Position numbers and translations under genes: made by a program
Shown: in pieces, positions 50,162 to 61,608 of the stretch
How the letters are laid out: every line of letters starts with the position of its first letter
How positions within the stretch are numbered: the first letter of the stretch is position 1
Notes under the pieces: model-generated
Told to the model about the DNA's origin: nothing
What the model saw: the letters and a program-made list of their open reading frames with translations, nothing else
The model's database searches: none
DNA from: Prevotella sp.
GTDB taxonomy: Bacteria; Bacteroidota; Bacteroidia; Bacteroidales; Dysgonomonadaceae
DNA length: 64,000 nucleotides
NCBI GenBank assembly: GCA_031285625.1
Contig: JAITVV010000011.1
Span: 1-64,000 of the forward strand
Direction of reading: 5' to 3'

Positions 50162-52255
50162 ATGAAATACAAATCAATTATGGTATTAATTTTTGGTGCG
50201 GCATTAGTATCCTGTAACTCAACTAAAAAAGAGAATACGGAACCGGAAGCACCTATTATTGGTAAATCAAACGTCAAGGTGGAGAATAGTATAATGACAC
50301 CCGAGATCCTGTACAGTTTTGGACGAGTATCAGATCTTCAGGTATCTCCGGATAAATCTAAGATATTGTATGGAGTAACATATATTAGTATTGATCAGAA
50401 TAAGACTAATCGTGAGTTATTTACGATGAACGTAGATGGTTCTGAGAAAAAACAGATAACTCAAACACCCAAAAGTGAGAATAATGCAATATGGGTAAAG
50501 GGCGGAGCTAAAATAGCATTTCTGTCAGGAGAAAGCGGCTCGTCCCAAATATGGGAAATGAATGCCGATGGTACTGAACGTATGCAAATCAGTAATATTG
50601 AAGGAGACATTAACGGCTTCTCATATTCGCCTGACGGAAACAAGATAATGTACATCAAAAACATAAAGTTCGGAGAACGTACCAGTGATCGTTATAGTGA
50701 CTTGCCTAAAGCTTCAGGCCGTATTATAGATGACCTGATGTATAAGCACTGGTCTGAATGGGTAGAAGAAATACCTCATACCTTCATTGCAGACTTTGAT
50801 GGCACTAAAATATCTGAGGGAATAGATATCCTTGGTGATGAGCCATACGAATGCCCAATGCTTCCTTTTGGAGGGGTTGAACAATTAGCTTGGAGCCCCG
50901 ACAGTAAAACAGTTGCTTATACCTGCCGTAAGAAAAAAGGTTTAGAATACGCCCTATCTACTAACTCTGATATTTATCTATATAATATAGAGACCAAGCA
51001 AACATCTAACCTGACAGAAGGAATGATGGGCTATGATACCAATCCTGTCTTTTCACCTGATGGAAAATACATAGCATGGCAAAGTATGGAGCGTGATGGT
51101 TATGAGTCTGATAAGAACAGAATGTTTGTAATGAATCTTGCTACCAATGAAAAGATGTATGTAACTGAAAATTTTGATTACAACACTGACTACTTGGCTT
51201 GGAATGAAGATAATCAAAGTATCTACTTCGTTTCGTGCGTAGAAGCGAAAACTCATTTGTTTCAAGTATATATACATACTAAAGAAATTAAACAAATCAC
51301 CAAAGGCGATTATGATTATGAATCATTTGGCATAGCAGGTGATAAGCTGTTAGCCCTTCGTCACTCGATGTCGAAACCAAATGAAATTTATTCTGTTAAT
51401 ATAGTATCCGGAGAAGCTACAGAGCTAAGTTTTGAAAATAAGGAAATTCTAGACCAGCTTACAATGGGTAAAGTTGAAGAGCGTTGGATCCCAACTACTG
51501 ATGGTAAAAAGATGCTGACATGGGTTGTGTATCCACCAAACTTTGACCCGAATAAGAAATACCCTACCCTACTCTATTGCCAGGGTGGTCCACAAAGTAC
51601 AGTGAGCCAGTTTTGGTCGTATCGTTGGAATCTACAGATGATGGCTGCGAACGGTTACATAATTGTTGCTCCTAACCGCAGAGGCTTACCGGGTTTTGGT
51701 CAAGAGTGGCTGGAACAGATCAGCAAAGATTATGGTGGTCAAAATATGAAGGATTACTTATCGGCCATCGATACTATGTCTAAAGAACCTTTTGTCAATA
51801 CCGACAAATTAGGTTGTACAGGAGCTAGTTATGGTGGTTTTTCAGTGTATTGGCTAGCTGGTAATCATAACAAACGCTTCAAAGCATTTCTCGCCCATGC
51901 AGGTATATTCAATCTGGAAGCTCAATATCTGGAAACGGAAGAGATGTGGTTTGCAAACTGGGATTTAGGCGGATCGTTCTGGGACAGGAGTAACACTATA
52001 GCTCAACGTTCTTATGCTAACTCGCCTCACAAGTTTGTCGATAAATGGGATACTCCTATAATGATAACACATGGAGAACGGGATTACCGTATCCTCGCAT
52101 CACAAGGGATGATGGCTTTCAATGCTGCCAAATTGAGAGGTATTCCAGCCCGTATGCTCATTTATCCGAACGAAAACCACTGGATAGCGCAACCTCAGAA
52201 CGGAATACTATTCCAAAGAGAGTTCTTCCGCTGGTTTGATACATATTTAAAATAA
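50162..52255 (+). CDS. S9 family peptidase lipoprotein (dipeptidyl-peptidase 5-like)
   Basis: Lipobox LVSC; PD40-like repeats (SPD), GGPQ, GASYGG, D and ENHW triad; TACCTTTG promoter at 50131-50138. Confidence 0.93.
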   Translation: MKYKSIMVLIFGAALVSCNSTKKENTEPEAPIIGKSNVKVENSIMTPEILYSFGRVSDLQVSPDKSKILYGVTYISIDQNKTNRELFTMNVDGSEKKQITQTPKSENNAIWVKGGAKIAFLSGESGSSQIWEMNADGTERMQISNIEGDINGFSYSPDGNKIMYIKNIKFGERTSDRYSDLPKASGRIIDDLMYKHWSEWVEEIPHTFIADFDGTKISEGIDILGDEPYECPMLPFGGVEQLAWSPDSKTVAYTCRKKKGLEYALSTNSDIYLYNIETKQTSNLTEGMMGYDTNPVFSPDGKYIAWQSMERDGYESDKNRMFVMNLATNEKMYVTENFDYNTDYLAWNEDNQSIYFVSCVEAKTHLFQVYIHTKEIKQITKGDYDYESFGIAGDKLLALRHSMSKPNEIYSVNIVSGEATELSFENKEILDQLTMGKVEERWIPTTDGKKMLTWVVYPPNFDPNKKYPTLLYCQGGPQSTVSQFWSYRWNLQMMAANGYIIVAPNRRGLPGFGQEWLEQISKDYGGQNMKDYLSAIDTMSKEPFVNTDKLGCTGASYGGFSVYWLAGNHNKRFKAFLAHAGIFNLEAQYLETEEMWFANWDLGGSFWDRSNTIAQRSYANSPHKFVDKWDTPIMITHGERDYRILASQGMMAFNAAKLRGIPARMLIYPNENHWIAQPQNGILFQREFFRWFDTYLK

Positions 52256-52270
52256 GAAACTATCAGATAC

Positions 52271-52301
52271 AAAAAGGATTGTCTATTGGACAATCCTTTT
52301 T
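52271..52301 (+). terminator. Intrinsic terminator
   Basis: AAAAAGGATTGTC-tattg-GACAATCCTTTTT. Confidence 0.85.
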
Positions 52302-52319
52302 CATTTTTATATAGACAGA

Positions 52320-52346
52320 GAGGTCGCCCTGAAACAAGGCGACCTC
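52320..52346 (-). terminator. GC-rich hairpin downstream of the minus-strand susC/D unit
   Basis: GAGGTCGCC-ctgaaacaa-GGCGACCTC. Confidence 0.65.
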
Positions 52347-52382
52347 AAAAATAATACTAATAATAACCAGAATCCCTAGCGC

Positions 52383-53219
52383 TTATTTCTTAGGTACAAA
52401 CACCCAGAAGTAACAGTCGCCCCATGCTTTTGTACCTGCCGGAGAGTAAGCTAAAATAAGTTCATCTTCTGTAAGTTTGATAATATCATATGTGCTTACC
52501 ATTTCTATAGGATCTGAGTTTAAGAAATATGGACAAAGAACTGTTGTCCCTATCGTATTCAGTTCCCCTTTAGCCCATACTGTCTTCTCATCTTCCATTA
52601 GCTTAATTTTGGTCATATCTAAAGTAAAACGTCCGGTTTCCTCTGTTCCATTATTCCTTAGTTTAGTTAAGGCAGCCTTCTTTATAGAAAACACCAAGCT
52701 AGCTCCTATCGTTTCTCCTGGAGCGTCTTGCTCCCCTCTTTCGGATCCCGGTTGCCACCACCAACCAGGTTCTACAGTACCCAGATAGCCGGCCAGTCCC
52801 CAACTTAGGTCAGATTTCCAAGTCCATTCTTTTTCACCTTCACCAAAAAGCATAGCATATTCCGGAGGAACGGAAAAAGACATTTCTTCAACATCAACAG
52901 TTAGAGTTTTAGTGATTTTAGTACCATCTGCATTAAGTCCAGTAAATTCTATTTCATTAAGTCCTTGTTTGAAAAGTAACACTGTATCGGTTTGTTTACT
53001 GCTAGATAAAACACCACACTCCCAATTAGATAAGACAGGGCTGTGATTAACAACTATCACTTTATTGGCTCTTTTTCCATCTACTGTTACTAATGTTGCA
53101 GAAACATCCAATTGGTCTACAGTTATTGCCCCACTAATAGTCTCTCTATCTACAACCGGATCACATGCCATAAATGTCATGACAGCTAACAGTATGAAAT
53201 ATATAATTGATTTATTCAT
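52383..53219 (-). CDS. PUL-associated surface lipoprotein (putative glycan-binding protein)
   Basis: Lipobox FMAC from ATG 53219; Trp-rich C-terminal domain; directly downstream of susD-like gene. Confidence 0.75.
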   Translation of the reverse strand: MNKSIIYFILLAVMTFMACDPVVDRETISGAITVDQLDVSATLVTVDGKRANKVIVVNHSPVLSNWECGVLSSSKQTDTVLLFKQGLNEIEFTGLNADGTKITKTLTVDVEEMSFSVPPEYAMLFGEGEKEWTWKSDLSWGLAGYLGTVEPGWWWQPGSERGEQDAPGETIGASLVFSIKKAALTKLRNNGTEETGRFTLDMTKIKLMEDEKTVWAKGELNTIGTTVLCPYFLNSDPIEMVSTYDIIKLTEDELILAYSPAGTKAWGDCYFWVFVPKK

Positions 53220-53252
53220 AATCTTATAATTAAGTATTAACATTATTAAATA

Positions 53253-54971
53253 TTACCATCCCGTAAATTCAGCCTCAGGTATTCCCCATCCTTTATTCTG
53301 AAGTAACACACCCTCAGATAAAGATATTTGAGTTTCGGGAATTGGCCAGAATCCGCCAGTCGCTTCATATCGAGCTTTATAACCGCCACCAAATGCTTTA
53401 TTAACAGCATCAACATTTTTATTCTTGAATGATACACCTTCTTGTTTTGCTAGTAATGCCGGAGCATCTCCCCAACGCATAATATCAAACCAGCGCAAAC
53501 CCTCAAAAGCTAATTCAAACCGACGTTCTCTCTTTATAGCATCAAGAGAATATGCGACAGCAGGTAAACCGACACGTGCACGTACCAAGTTCAAGTTTGC
53601 AGCATCTTGTTTTAATTCTGAATGCATTAATAATACATCAGCAAAGCGGATTAGTACTAAATCCTGAGTATTTGCTAACTGATAATCTCCACCCTGATAA
53701 TTATCTTTCTGGACTGAATATGATATATCAAGTTTTCCCGTCTGCTTATTATAGGCCTTTATTGGCATATACTTTTTTTGCCAAAAGCCTGTTTCCTCCA
53801 TCTGATTATCAGCACCCCATGAATAATCTGCTAATTCAGTAGTAATATCCAGAATAGAAGCTACGCGCCTTATATCATTAGGCTCAGCACTTCTCCAGTC
53901 GTTCCATAAGGTTGTATTTACAGTTCCAGCCCCCCATCCTACACCATAAGGGAATGTGTTTACTTCTCCGTTAGGACCGCGAAGGCCAAAATGTAATGCA
54001 AGCTGATTAGACTGACCTATCGAATTTTCATTTCCCCAAGCTCCTTTGATTGAAAACTTTATAGCAAATACTGTCTCTTTATTACCGTCTCCTGCCCATA
54101 GCAAATTGTTATCTTTAGCATATTTGTAATCAGAATTAGTAAATTCATTGCCATAAGGCCATAGATTCCGAAAATCTGAGATCAAACCATGTCCACTATT
54201 AGATATACAATCCTCGAGCCAACTTATTACTTGTGTTTTTGTAACGCTTCCACCACTTTCACCGGCAACAGAGATAGCCTCTTTATTATAATAACCGGTA
54301 TAGAATAAAAATACTCGTGCCATTAATGCTTCCGCAGCCCATTTTGTGGCATGTCCAGATTCCGCAGCAGTAGAAGGCCTGTTATACATCAGGTCAATAG
54401 CTTGAATCAAATCATAAGCAATTTGGGCATAGATTTCATCAGCAGATGCCTTTGGTAAATTTACAGGTTCTGTAGTGATTACTAAAGGCACTTCTCCAAA
54501 CATCTGAGCCAATTCGAAATAGAACAATGCTCTCAAAAAATATGCTTCACCCAAAAATTGTTTTTTCTGGTCATCAGTACACTCTATACACTTATCCATT
54601 CCTGTAATGGCCAAATTCGCGCGATAGATTCCCTGATAGCGAGCAGACCAGAAATTAGCAAAACGATCCGGTTTTGTATTCATTAAACGGTCAAGCCCCT
54701 GCATATCTTTATCATTTTCACCTCCGCCTCCAAATCGTTCATCTGAAGCTAGCTCTGCCATATAGAAATGGGTCTCTACCGGAAATTCAACAGCTTTTTG
54801 TAAAGTAGAATAAATACCTGTAAGCATTTGCTCTGCATCCTTTACTGTGGTAGGAACGTTTCCACTATCTTTTTTTGTATAATTCTGAGAATCCAAAAAA
54901 CTCTCACAACCCCAAAAAGATAATGTGGTGAATATAACCAATCCTGTATATATTATTTTTTTCATAATCAT
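53253..54971 (-). CDS. RagB/SusD family lipoprotein
   Basis: Lipobox FWGC; GEAYFLRA, IRFADVLL, ERRFELAFEGLRWFD. Confidence 0.95.
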   Translation of the reverse strand: MIMKKIIYTGLVIFTTLSFWGCESFLDSQNYTKKDSGNVPTTVKDAEQMLTGIYSTLQKAVEFPVETHFYMAELASDERFGGGGENDKDMQGLDRLMNTKPDRFANFWSARYQGIYRANLAITGMDKCIECTDDQKKQFLGEAYFLRALFYFELAQMFGEVPLVITTEPVNLPKASADEIYAQIAYDLIQAIDLMYNRPSTAAESGHATKWAAEALMARVFLFYTGYYNKEAISVAGESGGSVTKTQVISWLEDCISNSGHGLISDFRNLWPYGNEFTNSDYKYAKDNNLLWAGDGNKETVFAIKFSIKGAWGNENSIGQSNQLALHFGLRGPNGEVNTFPYGVGWGAGTVNTTLWNDWRSAEPNDIRRVASILDITTELADYSWGADNQMEETGFWQKKYMPIKAYNKQTGKLDISYSVQKDNYQGGDYQLANTQDLVLIRFADVLLMHSELKQDAANLNLVRARVGLPAVAYSLDAIKRERRFELAFEGLRWFDIMRWGDAPALLAKQEGVSFKNKNVDAVNKAFGGGYKARYEATGGFWPIPETQISLSEGVLLQNKGWGIPEAEFTGW

Positions 54972-54977
54972 AATTAA

Positions 54978-57900
54978 TTAAAATTTAAGATTAACACCTA
55001 TAAGATAAGTTCTTGGAGTCGAATAAAATCCCAGATCTATACCTCTGGCCCAAGAAGCTGAATTACCATCAATCTCAGAACTATAGCCGACTTCCGGATC
55101 CTGTCCTTTATAACCGGTTATTGTAAACAGGTTTTGAGCAGTTAGGTATACCCTAGCTTGTCCCAATGGCATACGAGGAAATAGTCTTTTAAAATCATAG
55201 CCAAGAGTCAGATTCTGTAATTTTATATAGTCAGCATCTTCTACATATAAATCTGATATATATTGTGTATTAGGATGGCTACCACTGATCAAACGAGGTA
55301 TTCTATTTGATGTACCTTCACCATGCCATCTATCAAATATTTCTGTAGTATAATTATTATAAGGGCTATCTGCAAATGAACGGTAAGATCTGGCAATCTG
55401 ATGGCCAAATGCACCATTTGCTGTGATCGATAAATCAAATCCTTTATAACCAAAATTCAAATTGATACCTAATATTACATCCGGATTTGGATCACCAATC
55501 ATTGTTTTATCCTTATCTGTAATAAATCCATCACCATCGTTATCCACAAAAATAACGTCTCCAGCTTGTGCACCAGATAGCTTAGCTTTTGTAGATGCTA
55601 CTTGTTCTGCATTCTGGAATATACCAGCTGTTTTATATCCATAGAAATAGCCTATAGGAAAACCTTCTTCGAAGCGGGATATAAAATTTGTGGACTGACT
55701 CAATACATCAGTTGGGCCATTTATGTATCCAGCACCGTTATTTACAGTTGTAACCTTATTTTTATTATAACTAAAGTTAATACCTGCACCATATGTGAAG
55801 TCTCCAATATTATCATTCCAAGTTAAGCCTAACTCCACTCCCTTATTTTCAACATCACCTGCATTTCTCCAAGGTGCATCTGCACCCCATGACGCCAATA
55901 TTTGAGGAACAAATAATAAATCCTTATTTTTCTTTACATAATAATCAAAAACAACTCCGAATCTGCCATTAAGGAATCTGGAATCAAAGCCTAAGTCGAG
56001 CTGCTCAGATGTTTCCCACTTCAAATCTGGATTTGGTATTAAAGTCGGGAATAATCCGATATTAGGATTCGATTTATCGTCACCGAAGAAATACTGGCTC
56101 TTATTATTAGATGAATAAGTAGCTAAATATTGTAAATTTGGTGTATTTGATATATTTGCATTCTGTCCCCAACTGCCCCTTAGTTTGAAAAAATCTAACC
56201 AACTACGAGTACCTTCCATAAAGGATTCGTTGGTCAATACCCAACCCAAAGATACTGAAGGATAATAACCCCATCTGTTACCTCTGGCAAACTTAGAAGA
56301 ACCATCAGCACGGAAAATTACTGTTGCCAGATATGTTTCTTTAAAGTTATAGTTTATACGCCCAAAGAATGAAGCTAACATTCCATCTTCCCATGGAGCG
56401 CCATTAATAGTTGATGATGCAGAAACTGGTTGAGTATTGTCTATCCATGCATGATCCCAAGAACCTGGAAAGTTTGAATTTAAGTTACCAATGGATAAAC
56501 CTTCTCCAAGCCCCCATTTTTCAGCTGATTGCCCAACAACAACATCGAAGTTATGCTCATTAGTTTTAAATGCATATGAAATAGTATTATCTAATGTCCA
56601 GCTACGCCCTGAACTTTGATTCTGATTTACGACGTCATTTGTATTAACAGTACTGGAAGAAAGATTATATGCAGGAACATAAGAACGATAACTGTTAGCT
56701 TCCATCTTATAACCATAACTACTCCTGAATTTTAAATTCTTGATAGGTTGTATTTCCAAATAAACGTTTGCAAATAGATTATGATTCTTACTTATATTCT
56801 GTCCACGTCTGTAAACCATGTCTGCAACAGGATTTACGGCTGTATTATCAAATGTCCATTTATCACCGGTCTTACTTGGTTGGTCGTAATACCCGCCATT
56901 ACTATTATATACCGGCATTAACGGATTTGCGATTAAAGCATTATGAATATCATTCCAGTATATATCGCCAATACCGATACCTGATTTCTCAGAATATGTA
57001 TATGTAATGTTTTCTCCAATCTTTATTGCATCAAAATCTTTTATCTTTAGGACAACATGCTCTGAATTAACACGTAATGTATATCGTTCAAATTTAGGCT
57101 CAACTGGCTTACCATATATACCATCTTGTCTGGAATATGAAAAACCACCTGAGAATCTGGACATCTCATTTCCTCCGGTCAAACCAATAGCATGATTGTG
57201 AGTTATAGCATTCTTATTACGTATTTCTTCTAACCAGTTCGTACCGTTCCATGTACCATCCATTATTGATTGATATTGATTTGGAATAAGGGTAGCAAAG
57301 TCATATGGCGCTTTTCCTTCATTAAACATTCTCTCATTTTGCATTTGCATATATTCTTTAGCATTCAGCAAAGAGGGTTCTCTATATGGATTCTGCCAAC
57401 CAAAATATCCGTCATAAGTTAATTGCATTTTTCCGGCTTTCCCTTGCTTGGTAGTAATTAAGATCACACCATTAGCAGCACGGGCACCATATATTGCAGC
57501 TGAAGCAGCATCTTTTAAGACGTCAATAGATTCAATATCCGAAGGATTTATATTATTTATATTACCTCCAGCAACACCATCAATTACATAAAGGGGTTGA
57601 TATCCACCATTTGTACCAAGACCACGTATTACAACACGAAAATCTTCGCCCGGCATACCCGAGCTCTGTGTGATATTCATTCCAGGAGCCATCGTTTTCA
57701 ATGCATCTAAAGCATTAGTCGTACTCATTTTAGACAAATCATCACCTTTAACTTGCACTGTTGCACCTGTTATCAATTTTTTCTTTTGCACCCCATAACC
57801 AACCACCACCACTTCTTCGAGAAAAGCATCCTTACTTTTCATTACTATTGAGATATCAGTTTTATTATTAACTGCAATCTCCTGTGTATCAAAACCAACA

Positions 57901-58193
57901 TAAGTAAAAACAAGAACAGTGTTATTGTTAGGAATAGATAGTGAATACCGACCGTCCATGTCAGTCATTGTACCGGTAGTAGTACCTTTTATACTTACAC
58001 TTACTCCAATTAGTGGATCTCCAAGATCATCAGTAACTGTACCAGAAATAGTCCTTTCTTGCTTTACACCATTATTTTCATAATTTTCGGCAAAAGCACA
58101 AGGTACACTTATCAATAAAAATAAGATCATCAATGTTGTAAATCGACTAATCTTTTTCTTCGATTTTTCATGTAAAACTTGTATGTTCTTCAT
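54978..58193 (-). CDS. SusC/RagA TonB-dependent transporter
   Basis: GTMTDMDG, VVVGYG, LKDAASAAIYGARAANGVILITTK, LKWETSEQ, terminal Phe. Confidence 0.96.
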   Translation of the reverse strand: MKNIQVLHEKSKKKISRFTTLMILFLLISVPCAFAENYENNGVKQERTISGTVTDDLGDPLIGVSVSIKGTTTGTMTDMDGRYSLSIPNNNTVLVFTYVGFDTQEIAVNNKTDISIVMKSKDAFLEEVVVVGYGVQKKKLITGATVQVKGDDLSKMSTTNALDALKTMAPGMNITQSSGMPGEDFRVVIRGLGTNGGYQPLYVIDGVAGGNINNINPSDIESIDVLKDAASAAIYGARAANGVILITTKQGKAGKMQLTYDGYFGWQNPYREPSLLNAKEYMQMQNERMFNEGKAPYDFATLIPNQYQSIMDGTWNGTNWLEEIRNKNAITHNHAIGLTGGNEMSRFSGGFSYSRQDGIYGKPVEPKFERYTLRVNSEHVVLKIKDFDAIKIGENITYTYSEKSGIGIGDIYWNDIHNALIANPLMPVYNSNGGYYDQPSKTGDKWTFDNTAVNPVADMVYRRGQNISKNHNLFANVYLEIQPIKNLKFRSSYGYKMEANSYRSYVPAYNLSSSTVNTNDVVNQNQSSGRSWTLDNTISYAFKTNEHNFDVVVGQSAEKWGLGEGLSIGNLNSNFPGSWDHAWIDNTQPVSASSTINGAPWEDGMLASFFGRINYNFKETYLATVIFRADGSSKFARGNRWGYYPSVSLGWVLTNESFMEGTRSWLDFFKLRGSWGQNANISNTPNLQYLATYSSNNKSQYFFGDDKSNPNIGLFPTLIPNPDLKWETSEQLDLGFDSRFLNGRFGVVFDYYVKKNKDLLFVPQILASWGADAPWRNAGDVENKGVELGLTWNDNIGDFTYGAGINFSYNKNKVTTVNNGAGYINGPTDVLSQSTNFISRFEEGFPIGYFYGYKTAGIFQNAEQVASTKAKLSGAQAGDVIFVDNDGDGFITDKDKTMIGDPNPDVILGINLNFGYKGFDLSITANGAFGHQIARSYRSFADSPYNNYTTEIFDRWHGEGTSNRIPRLISGSHPNTQYISDLYVEDADYIKLQNLTLGYDFKRLFPRMPLGQARVYLTAQNLFTITGYKGQDPEVGYSSEIDGNSASWARGIDLGFYSTPRTYLIGVNLKF

Positions 58194-58358
58194 ATAACTA
58201 TTATTTGTTTGTGAAACTTCGCATTTCCATTAGGTATTAGAAAATACTTTAAATAATTTACTTAGGGATCTGTGATAAAAACAATCAAGTTATCTAATTT
58301 ACAAAAGAATACACTCAATAATTAATACAAAAAGCCTATCTCCAATAACTATATATTA

Positions 58359-58580
<222 letters not shown>

Positions 58581-59264
58581 ATTAATATGATCTTATCATC
58601 AATTTAATAATTTAGTTTCTGTAGTAAATGTGATTTGCGATCTTTTGTATTAGACTTACTGAATTTACGTTGTATTATTTGTACTATTCATTCATAAGCT
58701 CTCAGAATTTTGGTTAAACAATATTACTATTTGGTAGTATTAATATTAAAAATGTATCATTAAGCTAACACTTCTTTTTCCAGAATCAATGATTTTGCTT
58801 ATAACACATATAAACAAATCTATTCTTTCAAAATGACAGAAAAGAAGTAAAATAATTGCATATATATTGATCAGTCATAGCTTCAATCACAAGTTAAACA
58901 TAGTTTGATCCAAAATAGTTCACATTTTTTAATAAATCGATTAAAAAATGTTTATACAAACATACACTTTTATTTTAAATGCAAACAGTATTTTAATATA
59001 AAAAAGAGCAGATATGCTAAAAAAGCATCATTTTTAACATTAAGTTTGTATCAGTTATTAAAATAGAAATTACAGCATATGGAATAATTACCTAAAAATA
59101 AGAAAATTATCACATATAAGATAAAATTAACAAAATCCACACATATGTTAAATAACATATGATCAGTAAATTTCTTACATTAAAAAAAATAATCTTTATC
59201 TCATCCAAGATTCGTATTAACAGAATTTTAAGAGTAACTTTGCGATTATAGAAATTTGCAAACA

Positions 59265-60938
59265 ATGAAACATACCAGAACATATTGTATTACAATTATA
59301 TCTATTATATGCCTGGCCTGCAATACAAAACACAATACTGCAGATCAATATCTAAAAGAAGCGGAGCAAATAGTAGAGATAAATCCTGATAGCACTTTAT
59401 CTTTATTGGATTCTATTCTCATACCAGAAAATCTAAAAGGCAAAAGATATTATGACTTTTTGCTTCTGCAGGTGAAGGCAAAAGATAAATCAAACAAAAA
59501 CATATCTGAAGATACTACCATCTTTGATGTAAAAAACTATTATATAAAAAATAATGACTTGGATAAAGCTACAATGGCTAGCTTTTACTCCGGCCGAGTA
59601 TTAGAAGTTCAGAAAAAACATAAAGAAGCAATGGCTGCTTATATAGAGGCCGAATCATACGCAGACAAAACAACTGAGAATTACAACTTAAAAGGTTTGA
59701 TTCAATCTTATATTGGATATTTATATTATGACCAATTATTACAGGATGAAGCTCTTGTGAGATTTAAAAAAGCTGCTGATTATTTTCAACAAGCCGAAAA
59801 CTATAGAAATGAAGCCTATACATTCAGAGACATAGGGAGCAGTTTTTTACTCAAAAAGGAAACAGATAGTGCATATTATTACTACCAGAAAGGAATAGAG
59901 ATAGCTAATACAGCCAATGACTCTGTATGCCAATCTAGTATAAGACAAAATATAGGGCTAATATTCAGGAAACAAGGAAATTATAAGAAATCGAAGGAAT
60001 ATCTTGCACAAGCGATTCCTTTTGCAACTAATAATATAACCAGAGCAAAGATATATTCAAATATAGCTCAAGTTCTCTACACAGAAAATAAAACTGACTC
60101 GGCTGTATTATATTTTCAAAAATCGCTAGTATTATTAGACAATAGTGACGATTCTTTTTTAAAAGCTAAAATATACGAATTCCTATCAAATATAGAAGCT
60201 GCGAGAGGAAACCATAAAATATCATTAGATCATAATAAAAATCGCATTGAAAATTTAAAAAATATCTTTGATAAAAACGAAAGTCAAACAATTCTAAATA
60301 TACAAAAGAAGTATAATTACGAATTAGTAAAAAACACAAATAATAAACTATTAATTCAACGGCAATTTTTATTCATTGTATTATTGGCTTTGGGGCTGGC
60401 CATAGTTGTAATTATATTTTTATATCGTCAAAAAAGCCTAAAGAAAGAGCGAGATTTATTTGAAGCAGAGCAAAAAATAAGCCAACTAAGCCAAATGGCA
60501 AAGAGTTATGATAAAAAAGAAGATTCTTTCAGGAGTAAGTTACTACATCATTTTGATATATTAAAAAAATCCGCTTTACTGGAAGGATTCCTTAGAGAGG
60601 ATGAAAAAAAACATGGACAAAAATTATTAAAGAAATTCAACGAGATTGTATATAATCAGGCATCTTTAGATTGGAATCTCCTATATCAAACAATGAATGA
60701 ATTGCATAATGGATTTTTCGATTCTCTTCGGGAAACTTTTCCACAATTAGATGAATCTGAATTCAAGATATGTTGTCTCATCTATTCTGATTTTACAAAT
60801 GCAGAGATTGCTATAATTATAGGACAAAGTATTAATACAATTACAGCAAAACGATCTTCAATCAGGAAGAAAATAGGAGTAAAAGACTATGGAAATATTG
60901 TCGATTATCTCAATAATAATGTAAAAAAGAAAAAATAA
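59265..60938 (+). CDS. Membrane-spanning TPR-repeat sensor with C-terminal LuxR-type HTH
   Basis: Lipoprotein-like leader CLAC, TPR repeats, TM FLFIVLLALGLAIVVIIFLY, FPQLDESE..CCL...NAEIA...TI..KRSSIRKK; TAACTTTG promoter at 59235-59242. Confidence 0.85.
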   Translation: MKHTRTYCITIISIICLACNTKHNTADQYLKEAEQIVEINPDSTLSLLDSILIPENLKGKRYYDFLLLQVKAKDKSNKNISEDTTIFDVKNYYIKNNDLDKATMASFYSGRVLEVQKKHKEAMAAYIEAESYADKTTENYNLKGLIQSYIGYLYYDQLLQDEALVRFKKAADYFQQAENYRNEAYTFRDIGSSFLLKKETDSAYYYYQKGIEIANTANDSVCQSSIRQNIGLIFRKQGNYKKSKEYLAQAIPFATNNITRAKIYSNIAQVLYTENKTDSAVLYFQKSLVLLDNSDDSFLKAKIYEFLSNIEAARGNHKISLDHNKNRIENLKNIFDKNESQTILNIQKKYNYELVKNTNNKLLIQRQFLFIVLLALGLAIVVIIFLYRQKSLKKERDLFEAEQKISQLSQMAKSYDKKEDSFRSKLLHHFDILKKSALLEGFLREDEKKHGQKLLKKFNEIVYNQASLDWNLLYQTMNELHNGFFDSLRETFPQLDESEFKICCLIYSDFTNAEIAIIIGQSINTITAKRSSIRKKIGVKDYGNIVDYLNNNVKKKK

Positions 60939-61105
60939 AAGTCATATTTTGAGCTCACAACAAACATAGTAAATACTTAATAAATAAATATTTACATAAA
61001 ATTTAAAGTAAAAAAAAGTCATATCACCTCTTCTGACATCAACAACCATCATATATCCTGTTTAATTTTATAGTGTGGAACACTAAAATTAAACAAGGGC
61101 ATATT

Positions 61106-61483
61106 ATGAAAAAGTCAATTTATTTTTTTACAGCTATTCTTTTAATGGTTTCTTTATCAATCAGTGCTGGTATAAAGAACGACGATCACAAAATAGATAT
61201 AATGGGAGATATATCTAGTGAGGACAGAACAAAATCTTACATTGAAAATCCGATAGAAATATTTAAAACATCTTCATCGATAGATGTATATTTCTATGTT
61301 AACACGAATTTCAAAATAGATGTATACACTAACACCGGAGCATTACTTTATACCAAAACTGTAAACAGGTATGGAGGGCAAATATTAAATATAAACACGA
61401 AAGGCTGGAGTGCAGGTAAATATAAAATAGTTATAACTAATATAACTGATAATAAAACAGCCTACGGACAATTTAATATATAG
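61106..61483 (+). CDS. Small secreted Ig-like protein (DUF3244/T9SS-CTD-like)
   Basis: Signal peptide; IDVYTNTGALLY, INTKGWSAGKYKIVI, terminal YGQFNI; follows the TPR regulator. Confidence 0.75.
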   Translation: MKKSIYFFTAILLMVSLSISAGIKNDDHKIDIMGDISSEDRTKSYIENPIEIFKTSSSIDVYFYVNTNFKIDVYTNTGALLYTKTVNRYGGQILNINTKGWSAGKYKIVITNITDNKTAYGQFNI

Positions 61484-61608
61484 AATATAAAGTAGTTTTT
61501 CTGATTTTCATACCGTAGTGCTGGTACTTACTTTGCTTTTCAACACTTCTTATTTACAACCATGCACTACGGTTATTTTTGAGGAAGGAAATAAAGAATA
61601 TTGTATTC

